The notes under the pieces are model-generated. The model was not told the origin of the DNA. It did not search any database and saw nothing but the letters and a program-made list of their open reading frames with translations. Below are positions 55,696-64,000 of a stretch of 64,000 nt of DNA, piece by piece. Source of the stretch: Candidatus Thorarchaeota archaeon. Lineage in GTDB: Archaea > Asgardarchaeota > Thorarchaeia > Thorarchaeales > Thorarchaeaceae. Positions within the stretch are counted from its first letter, which is position 1. Each line of letters opens with the position of its first letter. The translations under genes were made by a program, and so were the position numbers. Location: the NCBI GenBank assembly GCA_004524445.1, contig SDNP01000002.1, positions 1 to 64,000 on the forward strand, given 5' to 3'.

Positions 55696-57936
55696 TTATT
55701 CGAAGTCTTCTAAGAGTGTCTGCATTGACTCATCCAAAAGGGGTTCATTTTCTAATGTTATTTCAGCCTTGCTTTCATCCACATCAAATCCAAGCTGTTT
55801 CTTAATTGACATAGCAATACCTGTTCCTATGGCTGGAACCCGTCCTATCTTCTGTATGTCAGCTTTATACAAATCTGATAAATTGTGTAGACCATTATTG
55901 AACAGCATTCTGGCACGGACTCTGCCTATGCCCCTTAACCCAACGAGTTCCAGCAATTCTTCTTTTACGCCATGTCTTATTCTTGAGTGGAGCTTGTGTA
56001 TGAGTGGAATATGTTTAGTAATTGCAGTCACTCGACATATTTCAGATGTGGAATATAATAGCCATTCAGCTGAACGTACATATCTATGAACATCACCCAT
56101 ACCCACGTTGTAGTTCTCGGTCATTTCTCTCTCGCTTTTTTCATTAATCCAGTCTTGAAGCAATCTTGCAGTTTTGAGTTCTGCAAGATAATTTGTGTAT
56201 GACTCTGGGTCCTCCCAACTATCAGGAAGAGGGACGCTTAAGTCGGGAAGATAGTCCGCGACCATAATCTCGTAATCTTCAAACTCTGATCTTGCTATAT
56301 AGGATGTAGGTTGGTCAGGAGTGTGACAAATAAGATGCAACAAGCCAATCTCAGTGATTTCTTCGCTTTTACCTAGAGTGTTTCGCAGCAGAATGGCTGA
56401 ATAAGGGTCAATATAAAGCCGGGACGTTCTCTCGCCTAATGGTGTGGCAACGAGAGTTCCGCCGTTATCACTCTTAGTCAGTCCACCGTCTTCGAGGAAG
56501 GTTATGACGGAAGTTATATGATGGTCAATTTCCCACTTCTCGAATTGATGGGAATAAAATGTCCCTTCTATCAGATTGTCTATTTTCTCGCGAGTTCTAG
56601 TAATTCCACCTGCAATCGTAGATAGGAGATGAAATCGCAGTGCCTTGGGGGAGGCTAATTTTGATGTTATCGCCTCAGTTTCTGATAGTACGTAGTTTTC
56701 CATCAAGAATTCTCTTTCTAGCTCACTTCGAGCAATAAGTATTGCCTCCCCATAGTCATCATATGCGGGCCGCCCGGCACGACCAGCCATCTGTTTGTAC
56801 TCGAGTATGGGTATTGGATAGCTTCCCCTTCCACGTTCAAACCTCCGATAATCGCGGATAACTACGCGTCTGGCTGGAAGATTTACACCAGCCGCTAATG
56901 TGGGAGTTGCTATGATGGCTTTTAGGGTATTATTCCTAAAGCAAGACTCAATAATGCTACGCTCTCGGTTTTTAAGACCAGCATGGTGAAATGCAGACCC
57001 TTTTCTTAAGACATCAGAGAGTGTCTTGGTTGATTCGGGGACAGTGGCACTTGATACCAAGCTTTTGGATACACGATGTAATTCATCCAAATCTTGGGGT
57101 GTCAAATACGGTCGGACTGATGATGCAATTCGCTTACTGAGAGAAACTGTAGACCTACGCGATGATACGAATACAAGTACCTGTCCATCCTCTTCGAGGA
57201 TGTCACAGACGATATCCGCAATGTGTTCTTTTCTTTTCATGCGTATATTGCGTGAGGTGTTATCCTCGAATGTGATTTCTCCATCAAGAAAAACCCCCTC
57301 AGTCAAGGGAATCGGACGCCAAGAACTTTTCACTAATTTGGCGTCAAGCCAACTAGCAATCTCGTCTGCGTTAGAAATCGTTGCACTAAGTGCAAGTACT
57401 TGTATACCACTCAATAGGCGTTCCAACTTGGCTATCACCATCTCGAGTGTAGGTCCGCGGGAAGAATCATTGACTAAATGAATCTCATCTGCAACGACTA
57501 TCCCAATTTTGTGAAGCCAATCTACATTATGTCGAATGATTGAATCTGCCTTTTCAGTAGTCATGATGACAATATCTGCTTCCTTTAATCTAGTGCCAGA
57601 TGAATCGTAATCTCCGACTGATACTGCAACAGTTATGCCAATCTTCTCATATTTCTTGAAATCGGCGTATTTTTCATGGGCCAAGGCACGAAGGGGAACT
57701 AGATATAGAGCCTTACCCCGGCCCTCCAAAATTGCCTTTAGCATTGCAATCTCAGCCACTAGTGTCTTACCTGAGCTAGTTGGGAATGCGAGAACGAGAT
57801 TTTCTCCTTGGAGTAATTTTGTATTGAATGCCATTTCTTGAGGCGGAAAAAGTTTGACTATTCCTATGCCTTTGAGTAAATCAATGACTCGTTGATTGAT
57901 TGGTAGCTCATCTATATTCGTTTCTTTCAACCCCAT
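55696..57936 (-). CDS. hel308: Hel308 (Ski2-like SF2) DNA helicase
   Basis: PT.SGKT, DEIH, LSAT, WRP.PL, FHHAGL, TPTLAAGVNLPA, QMAGRAGRP, S.LYIDP, GIGRVRAR; PIP-like QTLLEDF. Confidence 0.96.
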   Translation of the reverse strand: MGLKETNIDELPINQRVIDLLKGIGIVKLFPPQEMAFNTKLLQGENLVLAFPTSSGKTLVAEIAMLKAILEGRGKALYLVPLRALAHEKYADFKKYEKIGITVAVSVGDYDSSGTRLKEADIVIMTTEKADSIIRHNVDWLHKIGIVVADEIHLVNDSSRGPTLEMVIAKLERLLSGIQVLALSATISNADEIASWLDAKLVKSSWRPIPLTEGVFLDGEITFEDNTSRNIRMKRKEHIADIVCDILEEDGQVLVFVSSRRSTVSLSKRIASSVRPYLTPQDLDELHRVSKSLVSSATVPESTKTLSDVLRKGSAFHHAGLKNRERSIIESCFRNNTLKAIIATPTLAAGVNLPARRVVIRDYRRFERGRGSYPIPILEYKQMAGRAGRPAYDDYGEAILIARSELEREFLMENYVLSETEAITSKLASPKALRFHLLSTIAGGITRTREKIDNLIEGTFYSHQFEKWEIDHHITSVITFLEDGGLTKSDNGGTLVATPLGERTSRLYIDPYSAILLRNTLGKSEEITEIGLLHLICHTPDQPTSYIARSEFEDYEIMVADYLPDLSVPLPDSWEDPESYTNYLAELKTARLLQDWINEKSEREMTENYNVGMGDVHRYVRSAEWLLYSTSEICRVTAITKHIPLIHKLHSRIRHGVKEELLELVGLRGIGRVRARMLFNNGLHNLSDLYKADIQKIGRVPAIGTGIAMSIKKQLGFDVDESKAEITLENEPLLDESMQTLLEDFE

Positions 57937-57952
57937 GGAAGAGCGGACGATT

Positions 57953-60028
57953 TTAGCTCTGGGCCCGTTTCAACTTACCATGTTTGGGACTAAACAAAAT
58001 TCCTTCTGCGACAAGTTTTCTGATTACTTCTTCTGCCCTTTCCTTTGAGAGACCCAGAGGCTCCACCCGTCGAATCAATTCCTCTTCGCTGACAGTAGAG
58101 ATGCCCTCCGACTCCATATCTCTCATTACCTTCAATATGGTATCGGACGAGCTCCTTTGTGCTGCACTCATCTTGGAAACCATTCGGTCTATGTCGATTT
58201 TTCCTGTTATACGGTCAAGTGCAACCATTTTCAGAGACTCTTCCATGAGTCTCACGGAGGCTTGGGCATCCTCTTTGCTCACTTTGGATTTCAGTGCCAT
58301 TCGAGCTCTTGCCTCTGAAAGACGAACAAGTGCCTCTAACTGTCGAGCTGTGATAGGAACGGGAGCTGCGCCCCCTTCGGCCGTCTTTCTAAGGTCCACA
58401 TAGAAATTCTCTATAACTTCGGCAGCTTCTACTGTGAGTTGCGGCAACACATATCTGTGAGCATATCCAATGTATTTCTTCAAGAAACCGGGTGGGATGG
58501 GAGGGGTCTTGCTGTCCGTTTCGCTCCGTCTCATTCTATGCATCCCTAATATGAATTGAGCAAGTTCACGGTCCTTTGTTGCCTCAACTGTATCAACAAG
58601 AATCCACATTAAGTCGAATCGAGAGAGAATTGTAAAAGGTAACTTTATGTTGTCCTGAACTGAGGCGGATGGCTCATATCGACCAAGAGTCGGATTTGCA
58701 GCTGCGAGAATGGATGTTCTTGCATTTAGTGTTGCTACAATGCCTGCCTTTGCAATGCTCACTGTATGTTGCTCCATTGCTTCATGGATAGCTGTTCGAT
58801 CGTTTGGGTCCATCTTGTCAAATTCATCAATACATGCGATTCCTTGGTCAGCAAGAACCAATGCTCCCGCCTCCAATGTCATAGCACCACTATCTGTATC
58901 ATGAACAACAGCAGCAGTCAATCCGGCAGCTGTTGTTCCCTTTCCAGATGTGTAAAGACTTCTAGATGCCAATTTCGAAACAAACTTCAATATCTGGCTT
59001 TTTCCCGTTCCGGGGTCTCCAATCATTAGAATATTAGACCTGCCTCTCAAGCGTGTTCCGTCTGGAAGGGTTTTTCCTACTCCCCCAAAGAGAAGCAAAG
59101 CAATGGATTCCTTTATGTCTTCATGCCCCTTGATTGAGGGCGCAATAGATGCGACAATTCGTTCATGTACGTACGGATCTTCGGCAAGTTCCTGAATCTG
59201 CTTTTCGTCTTCTTCAGATAGCTCCAATTGTTCATACTCTTTTTCCGCTATTTCAACACCGTTTGCTTGAATGAAGACATTAAAGGTTGCCAATCGACCT
59301 CTTCTTCTTGAAAAGTCAGGTGCCGTCATCAGAATGCCAGTTATTTTCACAAGGTCACCAGGTCGAGAGATATCAACAATATCTCCTTCTAGAATGACAT
59401 CAACTGACCGCGGCATTTGACCTGGGGGAAGTTCTTCGGGTGACTCTTGTATTCGTACTTTTTGCCAGTCACGGAATTGTGACTTTTCTGGAACGAGTCT
59501 TACAGGTGTCTTTTTCCCACACACGGGACATTGATCAGGTTCTATATATCTTCCATCTTCTTGGGATAGCGAAATTTCTTCACCACATCTTCTGCAGCGA
59601 AAGGTTGCATGAACGAGTAGAGGCTTAACCTCACTGGCTCGCATCATGATGCCACTGATGTGTATCAGTTTTCCTATATGCCTAGACCGAATAGACCGAA
59701 GTGAAACGTGCTCTGGATAGTTAACAATTCTGACTTTTATTAAGCCCTCTTCAATTCCGGCCATATAATCGGGGTCTTCGGTCCTGAGAAGGGAACGTAA
59801 TGCATCATCGGCCAGTTGCAGAAAACTAATTGGATCCTCTTTGGAGAGAGCTAGGAACACATTGTCAAAGCTTGTCAAGTCCTGAAAATCAACATTAATC
59901 GAGGTTTCCTCATTGATAGACATCTGTTGTGTTCTAGTCCAATATGTTGCGTTTCCTTGTTCATCTTTATAGGATTTGAGAAATTCCTCAAATCTTTCCT
60001 GTGGCCCTACTTCGTATTCTGACATCAA
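57953..60028 (-). CDS. mcm: MCM replicative helicase (no intein)
   Basis: CRRC...CPVC Zn finger, QESPE.LPPGQMPR, GDPGTGKSQ, LEAGALVLAD.G.ACIDEFDKM, ILAAANP, SRFD, TARQLE.L.RL.EA.A. Confidence 0.98.
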   Translation of the reverse strand: MMSEYEVGPQERFEEFLKSYKDEQGNATYWTRTQQMSINEETSINVDFQDLTSFDNVFLALSKEDPISFLQLADDALRSLLRTEDPDYMAGIEEGLIKVRIVNYPEHVSLRSIRSRHIGKLIHISGIMMRASEVKPLLVHATFRCRRCGEEISLSQEDGRYIEPDQCPVCGKKTPVRLVPEKSQFRDWQKVRIQESPEELPPGQMPRSVDVILEGDIVDISRPGDLVKITGILMTAPDFSRRRGRLATFNVFIQANGVEIAEKEYEQLELSEEDEKQIQELAEDPYVHERIVASIAPSIKGHEDIKESIALLLFGGVGKTLPDGTRLRGRSNILMIGDPGTGKSQILKFVSKLASRSLYTSGKGTTAAGLTAAVVHDTDSGAMTLEAGALVLADQGIACIDEFDKMDPNDRTAIHEAMEQHTVSIAKAGIVATLNARTSILAAANPTLGRYEPSASVQDNIKLPFTILSRFDLMWILVDTVEATKDRELAQFILGMHRMRRSETDSKTPPIPPGFLKKYIGYAHRYVLPQLTVEAAEVIENFYVDLRKTAEGGAAPVPITARQLEALVRLSEARARMALKSKVSKEDAQASVRLMEESLKMVALDRITGKIDIDRMVSKMSAAQRSSSDTILKVMRDMESEGISTVSEEELIRRVEPLGLSKERAEEVIRKLVAEGILFSPKHGKLKRAQS

Positions 60029-60292
60029 TGCCTGCCTCAGATATTGAATGTGATTCTAAATCGGTTGAGTATCTGCCCCGAGTTCTACTTAATGATTTCT
60101 TGGAGTTGTATTTAAGCTACTGTATTCATACTTTCATTTTTTTGGCGAAAACAACAACATGCAATTGCTTTTGCACATGAAAAAAAGCGGTTCCTCCTGA
60201 ATTGTGTGAGAACCATTTCATGTGCGGCCTTTAGTCCTTTTTTTGTAGACCGAAGAATTTCATCAAATAGGACATGGAACGTTTGAAAACGG

Positions 60293-60853
60293 TCATTGTG
60301 TTATTTCTGCTCGCCAAGAAGATAGCAAAGCAATCATCTCTTCACATAGCCATCTCTCTTCCAAAGTCATTCCTTTCCTCTTGTCTTGATAAGCTCCTGA
60401 TTTCGCAACCCGGAGTATTTTTGAAAGTCGAGTTTCCACAATCAAAGGAATTATACGTTGCATCTTTTTAATTTCGTCACGGATTCTTGGGTCAATGGAG
60501 GTTCTATCTTCTTGTAGATTGAGAAGACTTCTTCTTAGAGCAGAATAGAGAAGAGGGTGAAATTCTTGAATGCGATGGGGATGATCCTCTTCTACTCGAT
60601 AGATATTTTGAAGGTGTCGTAGAGAATCGTAGTCATCTTCTTGTGAAATGTCAGCAATTTTTCTATGAACCAAATTTTCAATAACCCAATTCGGAAGATG
60701 AACCTTGGAACCAGCCTTAAACGGTCCAAATTTTTTGCCACCAACGATGATTTCGGACATATCTTCTTTGATAAGACAATCGCGGTAGGCGTTTAGAAAA
60801 GCCATGTCTGAGCGTCGTACAATATCGGAGGTGTGTTCTCTAATCTCTATCAT
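60293..60853 (-). CDS. GINS23 subunit
   Basis: N-terminal B domain (GPFKAG..V.LP.W....L) then helical A domain ending R..KI.R.A...MT.EE; immediately upstream of mcm. Confidence 0.85.
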   Translation of the reverse strand: MIEIREHTSDIVRRSDMAFLNAYRDCLIKEDMSEIIVGGKKFGPFKAGSKVHLPNWVIENLVHRKIADISQEDDYDSLRHLQNIYRVEEDHPHRIQEFHPLLYSALRRSLLNLQEDRTSIDPRIRDEIKKMQRIIPLIVETRLSKILRVAKSGAYQDKRKGMTLEERWLCEEMIALLSSWRAEITQ

Positions 60854-61036
60854 GACCCTTCACCAGGTATTTGATAGTCAAGCAGTGTACTTCATAAACT
60901 TCTTGTTAGATTAGTAGGTATGGGTAAGTGAAATTCATATTGGATGCTTCTTTTCACATATTCGAAGAAGCTTTTAAGGCCACCATATACGTGAGAATGA
61001 GCCAAGATGAAATATCCAATTGGATGGGATTCGTGA

Positions 61037-61981
61037 ATGGAAATAGACTTATGGACAGAAAAGCACCGACCCGCTACATTAGGCGATATTGTTGGACAGG
61101 ATTCCGTTGTAAATCGACTACAGAAATTTGTGGAGAGAGAAGCTGTACCACATTGTCTCTTTGCAGGTCCACCTGGGACAGCTAAGACTACGGCAGCTAT
61201 GGCTCTAGCAAGAGATTTGTTTGCAAGCTCATTCAATCGAAATTTCATGGAGCTTAATGCTAGTGACGAAAGGGGGATTAATGTGGTCAGAAACCAGATT
61301 AAGAATTTCGCTCGATCCCTGCCAGCAGGAAATGCACCATTCAAGATTCTTGTATTGGATGAAGCAGACCACCTCACCAGTGATGCTCAGCATGCATTAA
61401 GGCGGACCATGGAATCATATGCTACCTCCTGTCGAATGATTTTGATTTGTAATTACGCAAGTAGAATTATTCCTCCCATCCAATCTAGATGTGCAGTATT
61501 CAAATTTTCACGACTCTCAGATGACGATATCGCCGATAGGTTACATCATATCGCGGAGAAGGAGAATGTATCTATTGATGGGGAAGGAGAAAACGCGATT
61601 TTGTACCTATCAAACGGAGATATGAGAGCCGCCATTAACATATTGCAGGCTGCTTCTTCAACAGGAGAAATCGTAACTGCGGATATTGTATTTGCGATTT
61701 CAGGAAGAGCGAATCCAAAAAGTATCGGTCAGATGTTAGGCTCTGCTGTACGGGGGGACTATAATGCTGCAATTATGAGCCTCAGACAACTAATCTATCA
61801 CGAGGGAATCTCGCCATTGGACTTAATCAAACAGATACATAGGGAGATTCTCAGACTCGAGTTGGAAAATAATCTCAAAATGAAGATTCTAGAGCATACC
61901 GCAGATGTCGAATTCCGCATCGCAGAGGGAGCTAATGGTGAGATACAAATCTCTGCACTACTGTCTACATTTGGTGGATAA
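61037..61981 (+). CDS. rfcS: Replication factor C small subunit
   Basis: WTEK.RP, GPPGT.KTT, ELNASDERGI, LDEAD.LT.DAQ.ALRR.ME, CNY...I.PIQSRC, GDMR.AIN.LQ. Confidence 0.97.
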   Translation: MEIDLWTEKHRPATLGDIVGQDSVVNRLQKFVEREAVPHCLFAGPPGTAKTTAAMALARDLFASSFNRNFMELNASDERGINVVRNQIKNFARSLPAGNAPFKILVLDEADHLTSDAQHALRRTMESYATSCRMILICNYASRIIPPIQSRCAVFKFSRLSDDDIADRLHHIAEKENVSIDGEGENAILYLSNGDMRAAINILQAASSTGEIVTADIVFAISGRANPKSIGQMLGSAVRGDYNAAIMSLRQLIYHEGISPLDLIKQIHREILRLELENNLKMKILEHTADVEFRIAEGANGEIQISALLSTFGG

Positions 61982-61987
61982 TGAATA

Positions 61988-63187
61988 ATGAAGGAAAGCG
62001 ATTTACCTTGGCCGGAATTGCATAGGCCGATCAGCAGAAGCCAGCTCGTAGGCAATATAGGCTCAATTAATCGGCTGAAACAATGGCTAGTTAAATGGAG
62101 AAACTCTATCCCTCGCAATAAGGCTGCACTATTAGTTGGTCCTCCAGGAACCGGCAAAACAGCAACTGTTGGAGCCATCTCACGTGACATGAATGCAGAA
62201 TTAGTGGAATTCAATGCTAGTGATAAGAGGAACAAGGGGGCTATTGAAACCCTCGTGTGGAGAGCTGCCACTCAGCAGACATTAGACGGAAGGAGGCGCA
62301 TTATTCTTCTTGATGAGGTAGATGGGTTATCCGGAACTGGTGATAGAGGCGGAGTTCGGGCAATTATGAAAATACTAGACAAAGCCGTCCACCCAATTGT
62401 AATGACCGCTAATGACCCAGATAATCGTCGTTTGAAGAATTTGAAGAAGAAGTCATTGGTACTGACATTTCAGCCAATAAGCGATGATGAGATGTTGACT
62501 GTATTGAAGCGTGTACTCAATCAACATTCTTCTTCTACCTCTAAGGACCTACTAGATTTGATTGTTGCAAAATCTGCGGGAGACCTTCGTGCGGCGATAT
62601 CTGATTTGGAAACGACTTATGATGACATTGAAACAAAATCAGCTCTAGGAAATCGTACAACGAGAAGAAATGTGGAAGAAACTTTACAGAGATTATTCAT
62701 GGCTACGGACCTACAGGCGGCAAAGAGTGTAGTATCTCAGAGTGACGTTTCTTATGATGACTTGCTCCTTTGGATTGAGGAAAATATACATCTCCACTTG
62801 AGAACCGCTAATGAGCTAGAGGAGGGTTTTGAAGCGTTGTCGCTTGCTGACCTATATCTGGGGAGAATTATGCGAGATCAGAATTGGAAGTTGCTGGCGT
62901 ATGTCTACGATTTTCTTTCAGCAGGTGTATCGAACAGCAGGAAACAAACCCCTTTTTCATTAGTGGATTACACTAGACCAGAATGGCCGTTGCTTGTATG
63001 GAGAGGGAACAGGCGACAGTCTAAGAAGGCTGAGTTGGCATCAAAAGTAGCTGCTATTACAAATACCTCCGAAGAACGAGTACAAGAAACACACCTATGG
63101 GCCTTGGAAGGAATCCTGAAGAATAGTCCCGACTTGAAGAGTCAATACAGTGACTGGTTGAAAGTCAACAAAGGAATGTTTCGTTAA
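61988..63187 (+). CDS. rfcL: Replication factor C large subunit
   Basis: PW.E.HRP, GPPG.GKT, E.NASD.R, LDEVDG, D.GG, ANDP, GDLR.AI.DL, W..EN, AD.YL.RI...QNW.L. Confidence 0.94.
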   Translation: MKESDLPWPELHRPISRSQLVGNIGSINRLKQWLVKWRNSIPRNKAALLVGPPGTGKTATVGAISRDMNAELVEFNASDKRNKGAIETLVWRAATQQTLDGRRRIILLDEVDGLSGTGDRGGVRAIMKILDKAVHPIVMTANDPDNRRLKNLKKKSLVLTFQPISDDEMLTVLKRVLNQHSSSTSKDLLDLIVAKSAGDLRAAISDLETTYDDIETKSALGNRTTRRNVEETLQRLFMATDLQAAKSVVSQSDVSYDDLLLWIEENIHLHLRTANELEEGFEALSLADLYLGRIMRDQNWKLLAYVYDFLSAGVSNSRKQTPFSLVDYTRPEWPLLVWRGNRRQSKKAELASKVAAITNTSEERVQETHLWALEGILKNSPDLKSQYSDWLKVNKGMFR

Positions 63188-63989
63188 AACAGTCGGCAAC
63201 TACTCCTTCAAGTGCTCTTCGATAACGGTGAAAATATGCGATGCGTTTCTTCAATCTTTTTCTAATAGTATTAAGTGCATTTTTGTTCTTTTTCATTCGA
63301 AGTGGAATGGCTGCATCTATGAGAAATAGGTTTTCTGGAGGGGCAGGTTCAATGCCACTCGGTAAAACATCCGCTCCATCCAGTAGTTGTCTACATACAT
63401 TTGGGTGAATTTCCCCTTTTCCAATACTGACAAGAAGATTAACACTCTTTCGCACAAGTTTCCATAGGAAATTAATACCATAAAAATCTGCAAATGTAAT
63501 CCTTTCATTTGCTATACATACATTCAGAAGAACGGTGTTGGTAGATTTGTCGCCATCTGGTTTTGACAGGAATTGAAAGTCGTGCAGACCCTCCAGCTTA
63601 CTAGCGGCGTTCATAATTCTTGAAAAATCAACATCGCTCTGGCTTGTATCAAAATAATATCTGTAGTGCCGGAATAGCACCCTATGCCTAGGATTAAAAT
63701 CCATAGGAACCTCAGTTTCTGCCCATAGGATGATATCTTCTGGCAAGTGCTCATTTATTTGATTGATTTGTATTTTGCCTTCTGTTTCAAAACACACTGT
63801 TTGACCTATGCTGTTAACTCCCTTATCTGTGCGTCCCGAAAAGGCTACCGATGTTGATGGGTACTCGTAACCACTCCATTTGGTTAGACCATTTATTAAC
63901 TCTCCTTGGATTGTAGGTAAATTCGGTTGGTACTGAGAACCATGATAGCCGGTTCCTAAATAGAAGAGCTTGCAAGCATATTTGGGCAT
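63165..63989 (-). CDS. truA: tRNA pseudouridine(38-40) synthase
   Basis: YLG..YHG.Q.QP...TIQG, SGRTD.GV, F.PR, R.YRY, G.HDF, FLW..VR, PA.P..L.L. Confidence 0.94.
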   Translation of the reverse strand: MPKYACKLFYLGTGYHGSQYQPNLPTIQGELINGLTKWSGYEYPSTSVAFSGRTDKGVNSIGQTVCFETEGKIQINQINEHLPEDIILWAETEVPMDFNPRHRVLFRHYRYYFDTSQSDVDFSRIMNAASKLEGLHDFQFLSKPDGDKSTNTVLLNVCIANERITFADFYGINFLWKLVRKSVNLLVSIGKGEIHPNVCRQLLDGADVLPSGIEPAPPENLFLIDAAIPLRMKKNKNALNTIRKRLKKRIAYFHRYRRALEGVVADCFNETFLC

Positions 63990-64000
63990 AGAGTCACTTC

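Noticed and set aside
57953-63187. Inteins in MCM or RFC (common insertion hosts)
   Set aside because: Protein lengths are normal and the Walker motifs are contiguous.
341-63508. Numerous short ORF-track ORFs antisense to or nested within the called genes (e.g. 4663-5106, 21716-22129, 57026-57481, 60892-61377) and those overlapping tRNAs
   Set aside because: They are shadow ORFs with no recognisable motifs that overlap well-supported genes.

Overview
This is a 64-kb, gene-dense core-chromosome segment from an archaeon, most likely Asgard and Thorarchaeia-like. That assignment is inferred from eS30, both GINS types, an MglA/roadblock/DENN-like module and an Hdr cluster. Information-processing genes dominate. 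Replication: cdc6 with upstream ORB repeats, PolD DP1, PCNA, PriS, GINS15, GINS23, MCM, RFC-S/L, an RPA3-like protein, an inactivated GAN/Cdc45-like protein, Hel308, HerA/NurA and RNase HII. RNA processing and translation: fibrillarin, Nop5, Elp3, archease, KEOPS Kae1/Bud32/Pcc1, Trm11, TruA, Csl4, Lsm, FAU-1 and three ribosomal proteins. The window also holds four tRNA genes (two with introns, one of them with two), pyrD/pyrK/pyrG, and an hdrCBA-hdrA/mvhD cluster ending in an unusual coiled-coil/wHTH/ferredoxin protein. The most notable items are: (i) a translationally coupled tandem-roadblock + DENN/folliculin-like + MglA-type GTPase operon; (ii) four ORB-like boxes at exact 21-bp phasing in front of cdc6 (candidate oriC) within a replisome gene supercluster; (iii) the Hdr-linked 760-aa wHTH-ferredoxin protein; (iv) tRNA-Ser(CGA) with 37/38 and 59/60 BHB introns; (v) two reading frames interrupted by in-frame stops. 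No mobile elements, inteins, rRNA or CRISPR arrays were seen. All family assignments are from motif recognition by eye; no database searches were run.
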